The notes: a model not told the origin generated them from the letters alone. A stretch of DNA of 64,000 bases from Eledone cirrhosa (GCA_964016885.1 OZ024740.1:165664001-165728000); one strand, 5' to 3'; shown: positions 14,144 through 28,420, counted from the stretch's first letter. Translations and numbers: made by a program.

Positions 14144-15786
14144 TGCGTCATGTGCCTAGCATTGACAAATACAGTGAAAATATTTTTTTGGAGGGGTTTA
14201 ACGGGACCTACGTAAATTAAAGAGCCAGCGTTGTAATAAACAGAATGTATGTCCTTGTTGATTAGCTTTTAAATAGCTCTAATCGAACTCAGTCCTGATT
14301 AGAATGTGCATCAGCGTTGCGATTAGAAAATACTGAATTACAGATCACATCATTCCATGTCATAAATCAATTAGCCGCCCGTTTCCTTTCCTTCTACTAT
14401 CCTATCTCACGGGTATCCTTCGCCCGGCACGATTCCCCAATCCCTATTTGACAAAGGAAAATGGAAGCCCGGGGCCCGAAAACATTGGAGGACGAAATGG
14501 TGAGAAGCACACAGTAAAATGTCACTTATTTTATATGAGATATGCTAGAGACACATACAACTAGAATTTTAAGATTCAATATATCCTTCCTTTTTATTTT
14601 TTTTTTTCACTGACGACGTAATGTAGTGATTTGAGAAAGATTTTGCAGCTAATACACTCAGGTCATCATCATCATCATCATCGTCATCATCCAGTTTGTG
14701 ATTATGCAGGACACAATTAATCCTCAAGTTAGGGTGCGGCCTGCCCGACAACGCTACTTAGCATCCTGCTCCACGTGTTTCTGTCCACCGGTCTCACTTG
14801 GGCCAGGCTAAGCCTAGCTTGATCCCGACGGTCATCCTCCATCCAAGTCCATTTTGGTATTCCTGGGCCTCTACAGCCTCATGGATCGACATTCATTACT
14901 TTGCTGATCCAGCCCTCACTACGCTCGACATAGCTGTACCAGCGCATGCGACTCGTGTGCAGCACATCCTGGTGGTCGTCGATCAGTAGTCATTTCAGGA
15001 GCTCAGTTGAGATGACAGGTTTTAATAAGTAAGGCATTTGGAGGTGAAAGTAGATTAAATCGACCACAGGTACGTTATCTCATGGATCCTAGAATTATAA
15101 AAGGCAGATTTGATCTCAACATGATTTGAACTTAGAACGCTATATATATATATATGGAAACAAGGGAGGGAGTTTAGCTAGTCCTGAAACTTAGCAAGAA
15201 GACTTGCAGCAGAGTGGACTGTTAAAGGACGTAGTGTTAACGCAGGCGACAGATAAAGTTTATGTATATATATATATATATATATATATAAACATACAGA
15301 GACTTACATAAATATTTTTAAAACTTTGAATCTTCCTCCGGCACTCAGTAAGATTATTCTAACTGCTGTGTTTTAGTAAGAAACTGGAATAATACTTATA
15401 TAAAACTAACTTACGAATAAAGATTATGTGGTAGAGTTTTGTTTTTCACGATATCAACACATAGACACGCATATGCATAGCAACTTACTGTTTTTGCACG
15501 CATACACACACACACATTCACACACGTGTGGAACATACACAAACATATATGCGATTACGTCCACACACTATCAAGCAGATAGCTACCAACACACAGACAC
15601 AGTCAGAAAGAGAGACGCATGCACACGAAGAAGAAAAAATGTGACACACACACAAAATTAAGCAGGCATAGCCGCTAAAACAAACGCACAGACACGCTGT
15701 CAAATAGACACTCACGCACACATACATTCCCACAAACACATCCACGAACGCACACTCAGAGGTGTCAAGCTATATAGTGATTCATA

Positions 15787-15826
<40 letters not shown>

Positions 15827-16511
15827 CACTGAGGCATTAAACTACAATACACACCGATACACGTACATGCCTGTAGATACAGACACATGCACATACATTA
15901 ACATTACCATACAATGTTTTACAAACAGATACAAACACTGGTGCACACATACATAGACAGCTGCACTCTGAAGTAGAAATAGATACACATTCATAAACGT
16001 AGATACACATACACACAGATAGTAGTATGCACACAAATCCATTCATTCGTGGATAGACTTGAGCATAAAAACATATAGTGATGTAGAAAAAAACACGCTC
16101 ACATACGTTAAGCTAGGTTGATACATCACACACAGCTTACACAAACACACAGACACATACATTTGTGTCGTCTCAAAAGGTAAAATGCCCGTGTAAAAGC
16201 GTTAGACATGAGTTTTAAGCTTTTCATTCACAACATTGATTTGCATACACACCTAAACACGCATCTCGACCGACCTCAACTTACGTCTTGTCAGCTATTC
16301 AGTTAACATCGCTTGTTACACGGTGCCGGGTGTTCGAAGACGGAACAGTAACAATAAGAACAACTAACATTGAAACTTCAAAATTAAGTACTACAACAAA
16401 TATTATAGCACGCAAAACAATATGGATATATTTTCTCTTTTTTTTGAGAGAGAGAGAGACCTCCACGCGTACATGCTTTAGAAATTTAGCGACCACTACA
16501 CATACAAACAC

Positions 16512-16564
<53 letters not shown>

Positions 16565-17219
16565 ATCTTACATATAAAGTATAAAAATATATTTATTAAC
16601 TTGCAAGCACTCACGATGAAACACACACTCGTTAACTAACACATAGCAGCCTAATCATATATATATATATACACGTCAATATATACATACGTACGTATGC
16701 ACACATGCATTCTTAAAGACAAACTAAATACGAAACTCCTCTCATACAGAGAGACGCACGCACATATTAAGCATAGACATACACACGGATATACATACAT
16801 ACATACATAACGCACGCGCACGCGCGGAAACACTACAGCAGACACACGAACACAGCCATACACGCACATACATAACACAACTTTCAAACAGTCGTCCGTC
16901 ATTTAGGGGGAAAGTTTTGTCTGAAACAGACGATCGACGTTTATTCTCTTTTCCCCCCGTTTATTTACTAAGAAGGAAAAAAATATTGACTGAAATTGTT
17001 ACATCTTACTTCACTTCACACTCGGAGTTTTCTGTTTATTTATATATTATATATATACACATTTTTTCTTTCCAATTTGTATTTTATTTCGGGTTTAAAT
17101 TTACACACACACACACATACATATACATATATATATATATACATACACGCATATATATTTATATATACATACACACACACACACATATATATATATATAA
17201 ATATCGTTTCATTTTTTCC

Positions 17220-17280
<61 letters not shown>

Positions 17281-17390
17281 CAATATCGTCGTCACATCAT
17301 TTCCTCACGCCGGACACATACAAACATCGTCAGTTATTTTTTCTCTAATGTCTAAATGTGCTCGGATTGTACAACATTGCTACACTTAGC

Positions 17391-17436
17391 ATGGATTCTT
17401 ACTCGATAATTTGCTGTGGATGTCTTCTCTTAATAG
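17391..17436 (+). CDS. Candidate first coding exon encoding a signal-peptide-like start (MDSYSIICCGCLLLI)
   Basis: ATG at 17391 after an in-context upstream TAG, 15 codons plus 1 nt, then a consensus donor AG|GTGAGT (phase 1). Hydrophobic run present. No downstream exon identified. Confidence 0.35.
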
Positions 17437-17564
17437 GTGAGTTGCATAATTTGTTTCTTGTTTGTTTGTAAGTTGTTATTGTTAATGATTTATTTGCGGC
17501 TTATTTAATTTTTTCTGTTTATCTTAGGTATTTCATATTAATCAACACACAAAAACATATACAC

Positions 17565-17690
17565 ATGTATATATATATATTATATATATTATATATATAT
17601 TATATATATATATATATTATATATTATATATATATATTATATATTATATATATATATTATATATATATTATATATTATATATATATATAT

Positions 17691-17721
<31 letters not shown>

Positions 17722-17727
17722 ATATAT

Positions 17728-17761
<34 letters not shown>

Positions 17762-18071
17762 ATATTATATATATATATTATATATATATATATTATGTAT
17801 ATAAATTATATATATATATATTATGTATATATATTATATATATATATATATTCTGTATATATATTATATATATATATATATTCTGTATATATATTATATA
17901 TATATATATATATTATATATATATATATTATGTATATATATTATATATATATATATTATATATATATATATTATGTATATATATTATATATATATATATA
18001 TATTATATATATATATATTATGTATATATATTATATATATATATATATATTATATATATATATATTATGTA

Positions 18072-18118
<47 letters not shown>
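17565..18118. repeat. (TA)n microsatellite with TT and TATG phase shifts
   Basis: Direct reading of the sequence. Confidence 0.95.
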
Positions 18119-18120
<2 letters not shown>

Positions 18121-18121
<1 letters not shown>

Positions 18122-18352
18122 GGTCAGAGAATTGGATTCGCAGTCGTGAGGTTGTGATTTCGATTCCCAGACCGGACGATGCGTTATGTCCTTGAGCAAG
18201 ACACTTTGTTTCACGTTGCTCCTTTTGCCTGGATTTGCGACCGACAGATAGTATTAGCAATTGGAAAGACCGATGGAAACATTGTTTGCTCGGTCCGATT
18301 GGACGAGCTCTACCCTACTCGTTAAGCGAGTGAGGTCTGGGATCTCGTCGAT
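18121..18352 (+). mobile_element. tRNA-derived SINE with CORE-like domain
   Basis: tRNA-like head (TGGTCAGAG...GATTTCGATTCCC) followed by TGTCCTTGAGCAAGACACTT. Reverse copy at 27825-28021 and a decayed copy at ~52545-52660. Confidence 0.7.
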
Positions 18353-18356
18353 CGTC

Positions 18357-18388
<32 letters not shown>

Positions 18389-19019
18389 TATATACATATA
18401 TATGTGTGTGTGTCTGTGTGTGTGTTTGTACATATATGCATGTGTACATACATGTATGCATGTGTACATACACATGCATATATAAATACAGACACACACA
18501 CATATATATATAGTTATATTGTGTGAGAGAGAGAAAGAGAACCTTTATTTATGTAATGAATGTTTATAGTACATAATATGTATGAATGTGATGAAACGAT
18601 TTTCGTTTGTTATGTTTTGTGTATATGAAAAGTTACTTGCATGTGTACGAATGTTCTATGTATCTGTGTATAGCTGTTATGTTTGTGTAGAGCTTACTGT
18701 ATTATTGCATGTTTATAACTATGTATGTTATATTTCTATAATATACATACAAACATATAGATGACAGGGCTTCAGAATGGCCTTATCCATAATTGATAAA
18801 GTAAAATTTAACATACATACATGTGCTTGCGTATAGATATTTTATGTTTTAATGGTCGATAGTATTTAGTGACAGGTATATATTGAATGTATATTCGATT
18901 GCATGATCTCCACGTTATACTGGGTGTATATTTACGTTGTATGTATGTATGTATGAAAATATCTACTCAGCTGCCATCGTTCAACCATATATCTAACAGT
19001 CAATCTATCAATCATTCTC

Positions 19020-19530
19020 TCTCTATCCAACTATATATTATTCTGTCTGGCTACACAGCCATTAATACTTCTGCCCGTCTAACTATCTATATATCTATCT
19101 ATCTATCTATCTTTTTTTTCTGTATATCCATTTGTAAGCTATGCATCCATCTGTCTATCCACCTATATTCATCTGTCTATCCGTCCATCTGCTTGTCAAT
19201 TCATCTATTTATCATCTATCCGTCTGTCTATTGAATTAACTATCCTTTTGCCAGTCTATCCATTTGTTTGTCTACCCATCTATCTGTATCCATCTGTTTG
19301 CTTACTATTTGTCTGTCCACCTATCTATCTATTTGTCTGTCTATCTGCCTGCATATCTATATGCCTGTCTGTTTAAAGAAAGATATCTATCTCTTTGTCT
19401 GTCTATTTGTATATCTATCTATTTGTCAATCTGTTTATCTGTCCATCTCTTCTTTCTGTATGTCAATCTATATTTGTCTTTCTATTTATTTCTAAATTTG
19501 TACAACTATCTATGTCTGTCTGTCCATATT
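19020..19530. repeat. Degenerate (TCTA/TCTG/TCCA)n low-complexity tract
   Basis: Direct reading of the sequence. Confidence 0.8.
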
Positions 19531-20149
19531 CCCTATATTTATTTTCGCTTATCGATCAGTTTGGCACAAACCATTGATACATCGACCACTCAACTTCAAC
19601 ATCTTACTTTAACTAAAGTTCTAGAATTCAGACCCTATTTAAACTTCATTCTACGCATTCCCCTTCAAAAAGTTGATGTCAAACTAGTGGGAATGCCACC
19701 TGCATTAGACAGAGAACTTACCCAGGATCCAGGAGAGCTTTTCATTGAAACGCTAAACATCAAAACACAAGAACTAGCACATTGTTTGTTCAATTTCACA
19801 GATTTTTGGTGAAACATGCTTATTTTTGTTTATCACTCCGAAGCTCTATTCATTCATTCATCCAGTCGTATTTCTATGTGACGAATTATATTTCTATCTG
19901 GGCCTCAATCCTAGATACTCGTTTAAAGTCAGAATTCTTCCCTACGAACATACGAGGTCGGAAAACAGCATCTAACTTGTCTACTGAACATACAAAACTT
20001 CATTCCGATATACTATGGTAGATTGTAAATAATTTAACTTAAGTCGTGGTGTGACTTATCTATTGCTTCGACTTAAACGAGAGTTTATGTGGAATATTCA
20101 TGATTTGATAGATTTATATGTATCATGTTGTTGTTACTATTATTACATA

Positions 20150-20179
<30 letters not shown>

Positions 20180-20187
<8 letters not shown>

Positions 20188-20745
20188 TATGTATATATAT
20201 ATATATTGGTATGTATATATATATATATTGGTATGTATATATATATATATTGGTATGTATATATATATATATTGGTATGTATATATATATATATATTGGT
20301 ATGTATATATATATATATATTGGTATGTATATATATATATATATTGGTATGTATATATATATATATTGGTATGTATATATATATATATTGGTATGTATAT
20401 ATATATATATTGGTATGTATATATATATATATTGGTATGTATATATATATATTGGTATGTATATATATATATATATTGGTATGTATATATATATATATAT
20501 TGGTATGTATATATATATATTGGTATGTATATATATATATATTGGTATGTATATATATATATTGGTATGTATATATATATATATTGGTATGTATATATAT
20601 ATATATTGGTATGTATATATATATATATTGGTATGTATATATATATATTGGTATGTATATATATATATATTGGTATGTATATATATATATTGGTATGTAT
20701 ATATATATATATTGGTATGTTTATATATATATATATTGGTATGTA
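20180..20745. repeat. Compound minisatellite [(TA)n-TTGGTATG]n, ~20-24-bp period
   Basis: Fixed TTGGTATG motif separated by variable-length TA runs. Confidence 0.95.
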
Positions 20746-20848
20746 CATATATATAGGTACGTATATAGGTATGTATATATATATACATATATATTTAGGT
20801 ATGTATATGTGTATATATATATGTGTGTATATATGTGAATATATATAT

Positions 20849-21055
20849 ATTAAAATAACAGATTAAAGTTTAAGCAAAGAATCGCTACTTTCGCTCTTAA
20901 TGGATCTTCTGAGTTTCAGAAGATCCCGTATGAGGTGAAAGCAGCGATTCTTTGCTTAAACTTTAATCTGTTATTTTAATAAATATTTGCTCTAGGGTTC
21001 GTATATATTTGATTTATACTTTTCTTATCGAGCCCTCTTTGGATTTTAGTTTTCA
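20849..21055 (+). mobile_element. Fold-back cassette, family B (~64-bp arms, GTT loop, one-sided tail)
   Basis: 20849-20912 and 20916-20980 are inverted around GTT. Degenerate CAGAAGA..GAAA core and AATAAA present. Tail extends to ~21055. Same family as 29215-29378. Confidence 0.75.
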
Positions 21056-21245
21056 CATGTATTATTATTTGCCTTTCATCCTTATGGGGTCGATAAAATA
21101 AAGTACCAGTAATACACTGGTTATTTGCTGGCCTTGTGCCAATAGTAGAAAGAATTATTATTACTATATATATATATATATATATATATGTTGATATTGA
21201 TAACTATATGTATGTATAGATGTAGATATGTATATGCATAGATAT

Positions 21246-21278
<33 letters not shown>

Positions 21279-21308
21279 TAGATATGTAAGTGTATATAAA
21301 TAGGTATG

Positions 21309-21342
<34 letters not shown>

Positions 21343-21408
21343 GGTATGTATATTTATATATGTATATATATGTATATATACATATGTATATGTATAATTA
21401 TAGGTATG

Positions 21409-21447
<39 letters not shown>

Positions 21448-21610
21448 ATATGTATAAATATAGGTGTGTATATGTATATATATATAGGTATGTATATGTA
21501 TATATATGTATATATATAGGTATGTATATATATAGGTATGTATATGTATAGGTATGTATCTATACAGGTATTTATATATATTGGTATGTATGTATATATA
21601 TATATGTATA

Positions 21611-22308
21611 TACTCTTTTACTCTTTTACCTGTTCCAGCCATCCGGCTGAGATCAAGCTGGGGAACCACCCTTGTTGCTACATGTTCTGTCTCCAGCCTG
21701 TGTTGACTGGCCATCGGTGTTTGAGGGAGTTCGTGGTTGCTGCCTTAAGTTGCCTTTGTAACGTGCTGTCGGCTCATCCGGGATCCTGGATAGCAGAGTG
21801 TCAAAATGTTTCTTGAAAACATCCACGTCTACACCCTGCAGATCTCTCGAATTTCTTGGCAGCTTGTTGAAGAGATGGAGGTCTTAGAAGCCCAGGCTAG
21901 TACAATATCTGCTCCTTATTCTAGATGTGAAAGACGAAACCTTTGGCACAAAACAGTGACAGCCTGTTCGGGGGTTGGTTCAGCTCTGAATACCAAAGTT
22001 TGGTGCTAGTACCTCCAGGATTTTCCATATATATATCACGGCGTATCTCTCCCGTCTTTATTCCAAGGAGAAGATTTTCAGTTCTTTTAGCCTCTTCCAG
22101 TAGCTCATCTCTTTCATCGTGGCAATCCACTTGGTGTAGCTTCGTTGGATTGCCTCAAGCTCCGTGGTTAGTTTTATACTATGGGATGATTACAGTTAGG
22201 AGCAGTCGTCCAATAGGCTGAGAAAAATGTCCTCCATAGCACCAACATGGACTCTCGGTCTCGTGTCCGGAAAGTCCTCAAGATCCAGCCAGCGAGTCGT
22301 CTGCACAT

Positions 22309-22309
<1 letters not shown>
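21611..22309 (-). mobile_element. CR1/L2-group LINE, decayed 3' fragment
   Basis: Minus strand reads MCRRLAGWILRTFRTRDRESMLVLWRTF and ends in a (GTAAAAGA)2 tail. Homologous to 10075-11010. The same tail occurs at 40069-40112. Confidence 0.75.
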
Positions 22310-22344
<35 letters not shown>

Positions 22345-22384
22345 TAAGGCTATATGTATATGGATAATTGTATATATATATATA

Positions 22385-22800
22385 TCTTTATATATAAAAC
22401 AGAGGATGTCTATCTGTGTAAATCGCTAAAACTCGAGAAGTACCCGACCGATTTTTTTCAAACTTTACACATGCGTTACTTATATTTCTTGAAGTGCAAT
22501 GTGCTAAAAATCTAACTTTTTCTGTTCTGGGGCCCGCATTAGACGAAAAACCGCATTTTAAAAGGCATTTTAGGCTTTTTTGAGGCATAACTGAAAGATA
22601 ATCCAGCCGATTTCGTCGAAATTTGCAGCACACATTAGCGTGCTGTGGACAAAAAGAATTCCGATTCCATTAATGGGTTTTAGAAAATTTATGAATTAGC
22701 ATTGGGCATTGCATTCCATTTTCATTTTCAATATAAACGGTACTTAAATATCGTAAGTAGCGTATTATATTTCGTTAAAAATTTGGTTTATTTAACAGGA
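22385..22800 (+). mobile_element. Possible non-autonomous Helitron-like element, 5' part
   Basis: Begins TCTTTATATATAAAAC...TGTCTATCTGTG...CCGATTTTTTTCAAACTTTACAC, with a second CCGATTTCGTCGAAATTTG subrepeat. This layout is typical of short Helitron derivatives. No CTRR 3' end located. Confidence 0.4.
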
Positions 22801-23087
22801 CACAATACTTACTTACTTTCAAGCAGGACCATGGTGCACCAGAGTACTCGATACTTGTGTTAGTAGAGTGGTTAATATCAAAAGATTCATGGCCCTAGAA
22901 ATATATCTATCTATATATATATATGGATATATGTAAATGTATACGTATGTAAATATATATATATGTGTGTGTGTGTATATGTATGTGTATTTATAAGTAG
23001 ATGTATATATATATGTGTGTGTGTGTGTGTATATATATATGTGTGCGTGTATATATATGTGTGTATGTGTGTATATATATGTGTGTG

Positions 23088-23177
<90 letters not shown>

Positions 23178-23245
23178 CGTATATATATATATATATGTGT
23201 GTGTGTGTATATATATATATATGTGTGTGTATATATATATATATA

Positions 23246-23276
<31 letters not shown>

Positions 23277-23393
23277 GTCTGTATGTATATATATATATAT
23301 ATATATATGTCTGTGTGTATATATATATATGTATGTGTGTGTATATGTATGTGTGTGTATACATATATATATGTGTGTATATATATATGTGTG

Positions 23394-23452
<59 letters not shown>

Positions 23453-23570
23453 ATATATATAAATATGTGTGTGTGTATATATATAGGATATATATGTACA
23501 TGTACATAAATTTCACATATATATACATGTGTGTGTGTAAATATGTGTATATATGTATGTTAGTATGTAT

Positions 23571-23694
23571 GTCGAAACGGCTTGAGCTCAGCTGTCGGGG
23601 TCTTACTGGTTCCTATTACCCACTCTACTACCTCAAGTATTGAGTACTTTGGTGCGTTATGGTCCACCTGGTTCCTTACCACATTTCCTCCGTT
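23571..23694 (+). mobile_element. PLE-like 3' end, family A
   Basis: GTCGAAACGGCTTGAGCTCAGCTGTCGGGGTC...GGTTCCTTACCACATTTCCTCCGTT-(AT)n. Confidence 0.65.
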
Positions 23695-23698
23695 ATAT

Positions 23699-23732
<34 letters not shown>

Positions 23733-24227
23733 GGATAACAAGGTATTCCAGGTGGAGGGTGTGAGTACGCTATACTATGGATTGTTTAACTCAACAAGAA
23801 GTTTCCTTATCTATATATATATATATATATAATTGTTTCTACTATTGACACAGGGCCAGCAAATACTCAGTGTATTACTGGTACTTTAGTTTATCGACCC
23901 TGTAAGGATGAAAGGTCTATATAAATTGTGTGTATGTATATGTATATATGTATATATATATATATACATACATATATATATACATACATATATATATATA
24001 TACACACATATATATGTCTATATATATACATATATATATATATATATACAGATATATATATATACACAGAGATATATATATATATATAGACACATTTATA
24101 TATACACCACATACATATATATAAATATATATATATATATATACACAGATATATATATATAGACACATTATATATACACACATACATATATATACGTATA
24201 TATATATGTGCATATATATATACATAC

Positions 24228-24261
<34 letters not shown>

Positions 24262-25610
24262 GTATGCATACACATGTATAAATATATATATGTATGCATA
24301 CACATGTATATATATATATATGTATGCATACATATATATATATATGTATGCATACATATATATATATGTATGCATACATATATATATATATATGTATACA
24401 TCCATATATATATATTTACATACATATATACATGTATATAAATATATATATATACATACATATATACATGTATATAAATATATATATATATATACATACA
24501 TATATACATGTATTATATATTACATACATATATACATGTATATATATACATACATATATACATGTATATTATATATATACATACATATATACATGTATAT
24601 ATATATATATATACATACATATATACATGTATATATATATATACATATATATATACATCTATATATATATATATATACATACATATATGGTGGTGGCTGC
24701 CAACTCGTTTTCGAGTACGGCCACTACTTTATATCCATGTAGGAGAACCCTACCGATGCGCTGAACGAGTGTGAGTTTTTAGTACAGCCAACTCTGGTAC
24801 AAACACATTGGATACCATCAGGGTTGCAGGTGTTATATCAGAGTTTTCCCTCTCCTAGAATTCTGCCTTGATAAAGGCTAAGGGGTCATCTCTCCGGTAT
24901 ACATACATATATACATGCATATATACATACATATAATGTATATATATGTATATATATATATGTATATATATATGTATATAAATATGTATATATTATATGT
25001 ATGTATATATATACATATATATATGTGAGTATATATATATGTATATATATGTGTATATATATATATGTATATATATATGTGTATATATATATGTATGTAT
25101 ATATATGTGTATGTATGTATGTATATATATGTGTATGTATGTATATGTATGTATGTATGTATGTGTATGTATGTATGTATGTATACATATGTATGTATGA
25201 ATGCATATGTATGTATGTATGTATGCATATGTATATATGTATGTATGCATATGTATATATATATGTATGCATATGTATATATATATGTATGTATATGTAT
25301 ATATGTATGCATATGTATATATGTATGCATATGTATATATATATGTATGTATATATATATGTATGTATATATATATGTATGCATATATATGTATGTATAT
25401 ATATATGTATGCATATATATATATGTATGCATATATATATATGTATGTATATATGTATATATGTATGCATATATATATGTATGAATATATTTATATATAT
25501 ATGTATTTATATATATATATGTATATATGTATGTATGCATATATATATATGTATTTATATATGTATATATATATATATGTATTTATATATATATATGTAT
25601 ATATATGTAT

Positions 25611-26266
25611 TTGGGATCCTCCGCAGTTCCCTCGTCACGGCCTTTATGATGTTGTCCACGTCTTCAAAACGGGTCCCCTCCGTCTGATATTCGAAGATCC
25701 ATCACTTATCACCGCTGATGACTGTCCCTGCAGGTCTTGTTCGGTTTTAAGACGCTCGAGGATGTCCTGGCACACTTGCATGCGTCGACCCTTACGGTCC
25801 TCGTTCAGCAGTGTTGGCACCATCTTCGCCTAGACTTTCCGCATGTCCAAATCTTCAGTGAGAATCTTCCAGACGCTGTCCCGATTCATGCCCAGCTCAT
25901 TTGCTATCAGTCGAACAGTCAGCCGACGATTGCTATGCACCATCTGCCTGACGCGCTCAACGTTGACCTCAGTGCTGGTTGTTGAGGGCCTTCCGCTGCT
26001 GGGGTCATCTTACTGCAGCGGAGTTTTACTCAACCGTACCAGAAACTTCAAGTTTGTTCGTTGCTCTGTGATCATTGCTTGACGATCTGAATCAGAGGAC
26101 ATGTATATAAAATTATGAAGAAAAAGTTTGATCGCTGCAGAGAGCTAAGATTACAGTTACATAATCCAGGGGGATTACTTTGAAGGAGAAAACTCTTAGT
26201 GTGAAGTTTGGGTTTAAAATAAATCTTTTGTGACATCAATCCTGGAACTTTTCTGACACACCTCGT
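25611..26266 (-). mobile_element. Internally deleted mariner (Tc1/mariner) transposon
   Basis: Terminus TA-CGAGGTGTGTCAGAAAAGTTCC at 26266. ATG at 26075 gives [18 protein letters not shown]. Then DDPSSGRPST..VERVRQMVHSNRRLTVRLIADELGMNRDSVWKILTENLDMRKV*AKMVP and [22 protein letters not shown]. The catalytic DD34D region is deleted. Confidence 0.85.
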
Positions 26267-26269
26267 ATG

Positions 26270-26346
<77 letters not shown>

Positions 26347-26408
26347 GTATATATATATATGTATGTATATATATGTATATATATATATATATGTATGTAT
26401 ATATATGT

Positions 26409-26449
<41 letters not shown>

Positions 26450-26567
26450 TGTATATATATATATGTATGTATATATATATGTATATATATATATGTATGC
26501 ATATATATATATGTATGTATATATATATGTATATATATGTATATATATATATATATGTGTATATATG

Positions 26568-26599
<32 letters not shown>

Positions 26600-26600
26600 T

Positions 26601-26964
26601 AAGGATTAACATACTGGAGCGTGTTGGAGTTAAACACCCTCTTCGTATTATAGAAATGACAGTAAAAGGTATAGCTCAATGTAATTGAACAGAGCCGAAG
26701 AATTATGAAAGTAAAACAAAGAAGCCTTCAATACATCAAAAGTCTTTATTAGCCAACAATGTTTCGTCCTATTAAGGACTCATCAGGACAATTAAAACAA
26801 CAAGAAGTATTATCCGCCAATACAAGCCGAAGTTTTCGGCTTGTATTGGCGGATAATACTTCTTGTTGTTTTAATTGTCCTGATGAGTCCTTAATAGGAC
26901 GAAACATTGTTGGCTAATAAAGACTTTTGATGTATTGGAGGCTTCTTTGTTTTACTTTCATAAT
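26601..26964 (-). mobile_element. Fold-back PLE-like cassette: near-perfect palindrome (130-bp arms, GTT loop) plus 100-bp tail
   Basis: 26702-26831 vs 26835-26964 with one mismatch seen. Each arm has CTGATGA-GTCC-ttaata-GGAC-GAAAC-att-GTT and AATAAA pointing outward. Unique tail 26601-26701. (TA)n on both sides. Confidence 0.85.
26875..26916 (+). ncRNA. Minimal type I hammerhead motif (mirror copy at ~26750-26791, minus strand)
   Basis: Canonical CTGATGA at 26880-26886, stem II GTCC/GGAC, GAAAC at 26901-26905, GUU triplet. Stem I is short (GTC/GGC). Confidence 0.7.
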
Positions 26965-27351
26965 ATATATATATATGTGTATATATATATATATACGTAT
27001 GTATTTATGTATATATATGTATGTATATGTGTATCTATATGTATGTTTATATATGTATGTACATATATTTATATGTATGTATATATATGTATATAAATAT
27101 ATATGTATGTATATATATGTATTTATATGTATATATATGTATTTATATGTATTTATATGTATTTATATGTGTTTATATGTATATACATGTAAATATATGT
27201 ATATATATATGTATGTATATATATATGTATGTATATATGTATGTATATATATATGTATGTATATATGTATGTATATATATATGTATGTATATATATATGT
27301 ATGTATATATATATGTATGTATATATATATGTATGTATATATATATGTATG

Positions 27352-27382
<31 letters not shown>

Positions 27383-27609
27383 GGATATATATGGATATAT
27401 ATATGTATATATATGTATATATATATGTATATATATGTATATATATATGTATATATATGTATATATATGTATATATATGTATATATATATGTATATATAT
27501 ATATGTATATATATATGTATATATATATATGTATATATATATGTATATATATATATGTATATATATATGTATATATATATATGTATATATATATATGTAT
27601 ATATATATG

Positions 27610-27660
<51 letters not shown>

Positions 27661-27824
27661 GTATATATATGTGTATATAGATGTATATATATATATGTAT
27701 ATAGATGTATATATATATATATATATATGTATATAGATTTATATATATATATGTGTACATAGATGTATATATATATATATATGTATATAGATGTATATAT
27801 TTTTTAAGGAACGATCGACTTTCG

Positions 27825-28021
27825 TCAAATCGGACCGAGGGAACAATGTTTCCGTTGGTCTTTCCAATTGCTAATACTATCTATCGGTCGAAACTCCAGG
27901 TAGAAGGAGCAACGTGAAATAAAGTGTCTTGCTCAAGGACATAACGCATCACCTGGTCCAGGAATCGAACTCACAACCTTACGATTGCGAATCCAATTCT
28001 CTAACCACTCAGCCACACGCC
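27825..28021 (-). mobile_element. tRNA-derived SINE with CORE-like domain
   Basis: AAGTGTCTTGCTCAAGGACA...GGAATCGAACTC...CTAACCACTCAGCCACACGCC gives A- and B-box-like motifs on the minus strand. Confidence 0.75.
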
Positions 28022-28250
28022 TTCACATGATGTATATATATATATGTATATTTGTATGTATGTATATTTGTATGTATATGTATATATATATGTATATGTA
28101 TATATATATATATGTATGTAATTATATGCATATGTATGTAATTATATGTATATAATTATATGTATATATATGTAAGTATATATGTATATATATATCTATA
28201 TGTATATATATATGTGTATATATATATATCTATATGTATATATATATATC

Positions 28251-28281
<31 letters not shown>

Positions 28282-28420
28282 ATATGTATGTACATATATA
28301 TATATATATATGTGTGTGTGTGTATATGTATGTACATATATATATATGTGTGTGTGTGTATATGTATGTACACATATATATATATATGTGTGTGTGTGTG
28401 TATATGTATCTACATATATG

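Noticed and set aside
14610-14645. CTGACGA...GAAA as a hammerhead
   Set aside because: No stem II, stem III or stem I pairing can be built.
18121-18175. tRNA gene
   Set aside because: tRNA-like A/B boxes continue into a SINE body repeated elsewhere, and there is no complete cloverleaf.
19560-19812. Non-repetitive ORF tail (…ELFIETLNIKTQEL…) as a PLE GIY-YIG C-terminus
   Set aside because: Only a vague resemblance with no diagnostic motif. Would need an HMM search.
20180-20745. Regular repeat-spacer pattern resembling a CRISPR array
   Set aside because: The repeat is only 8 bp and the spacers are all (TA)n. Eukaryotic context, no cas genes.
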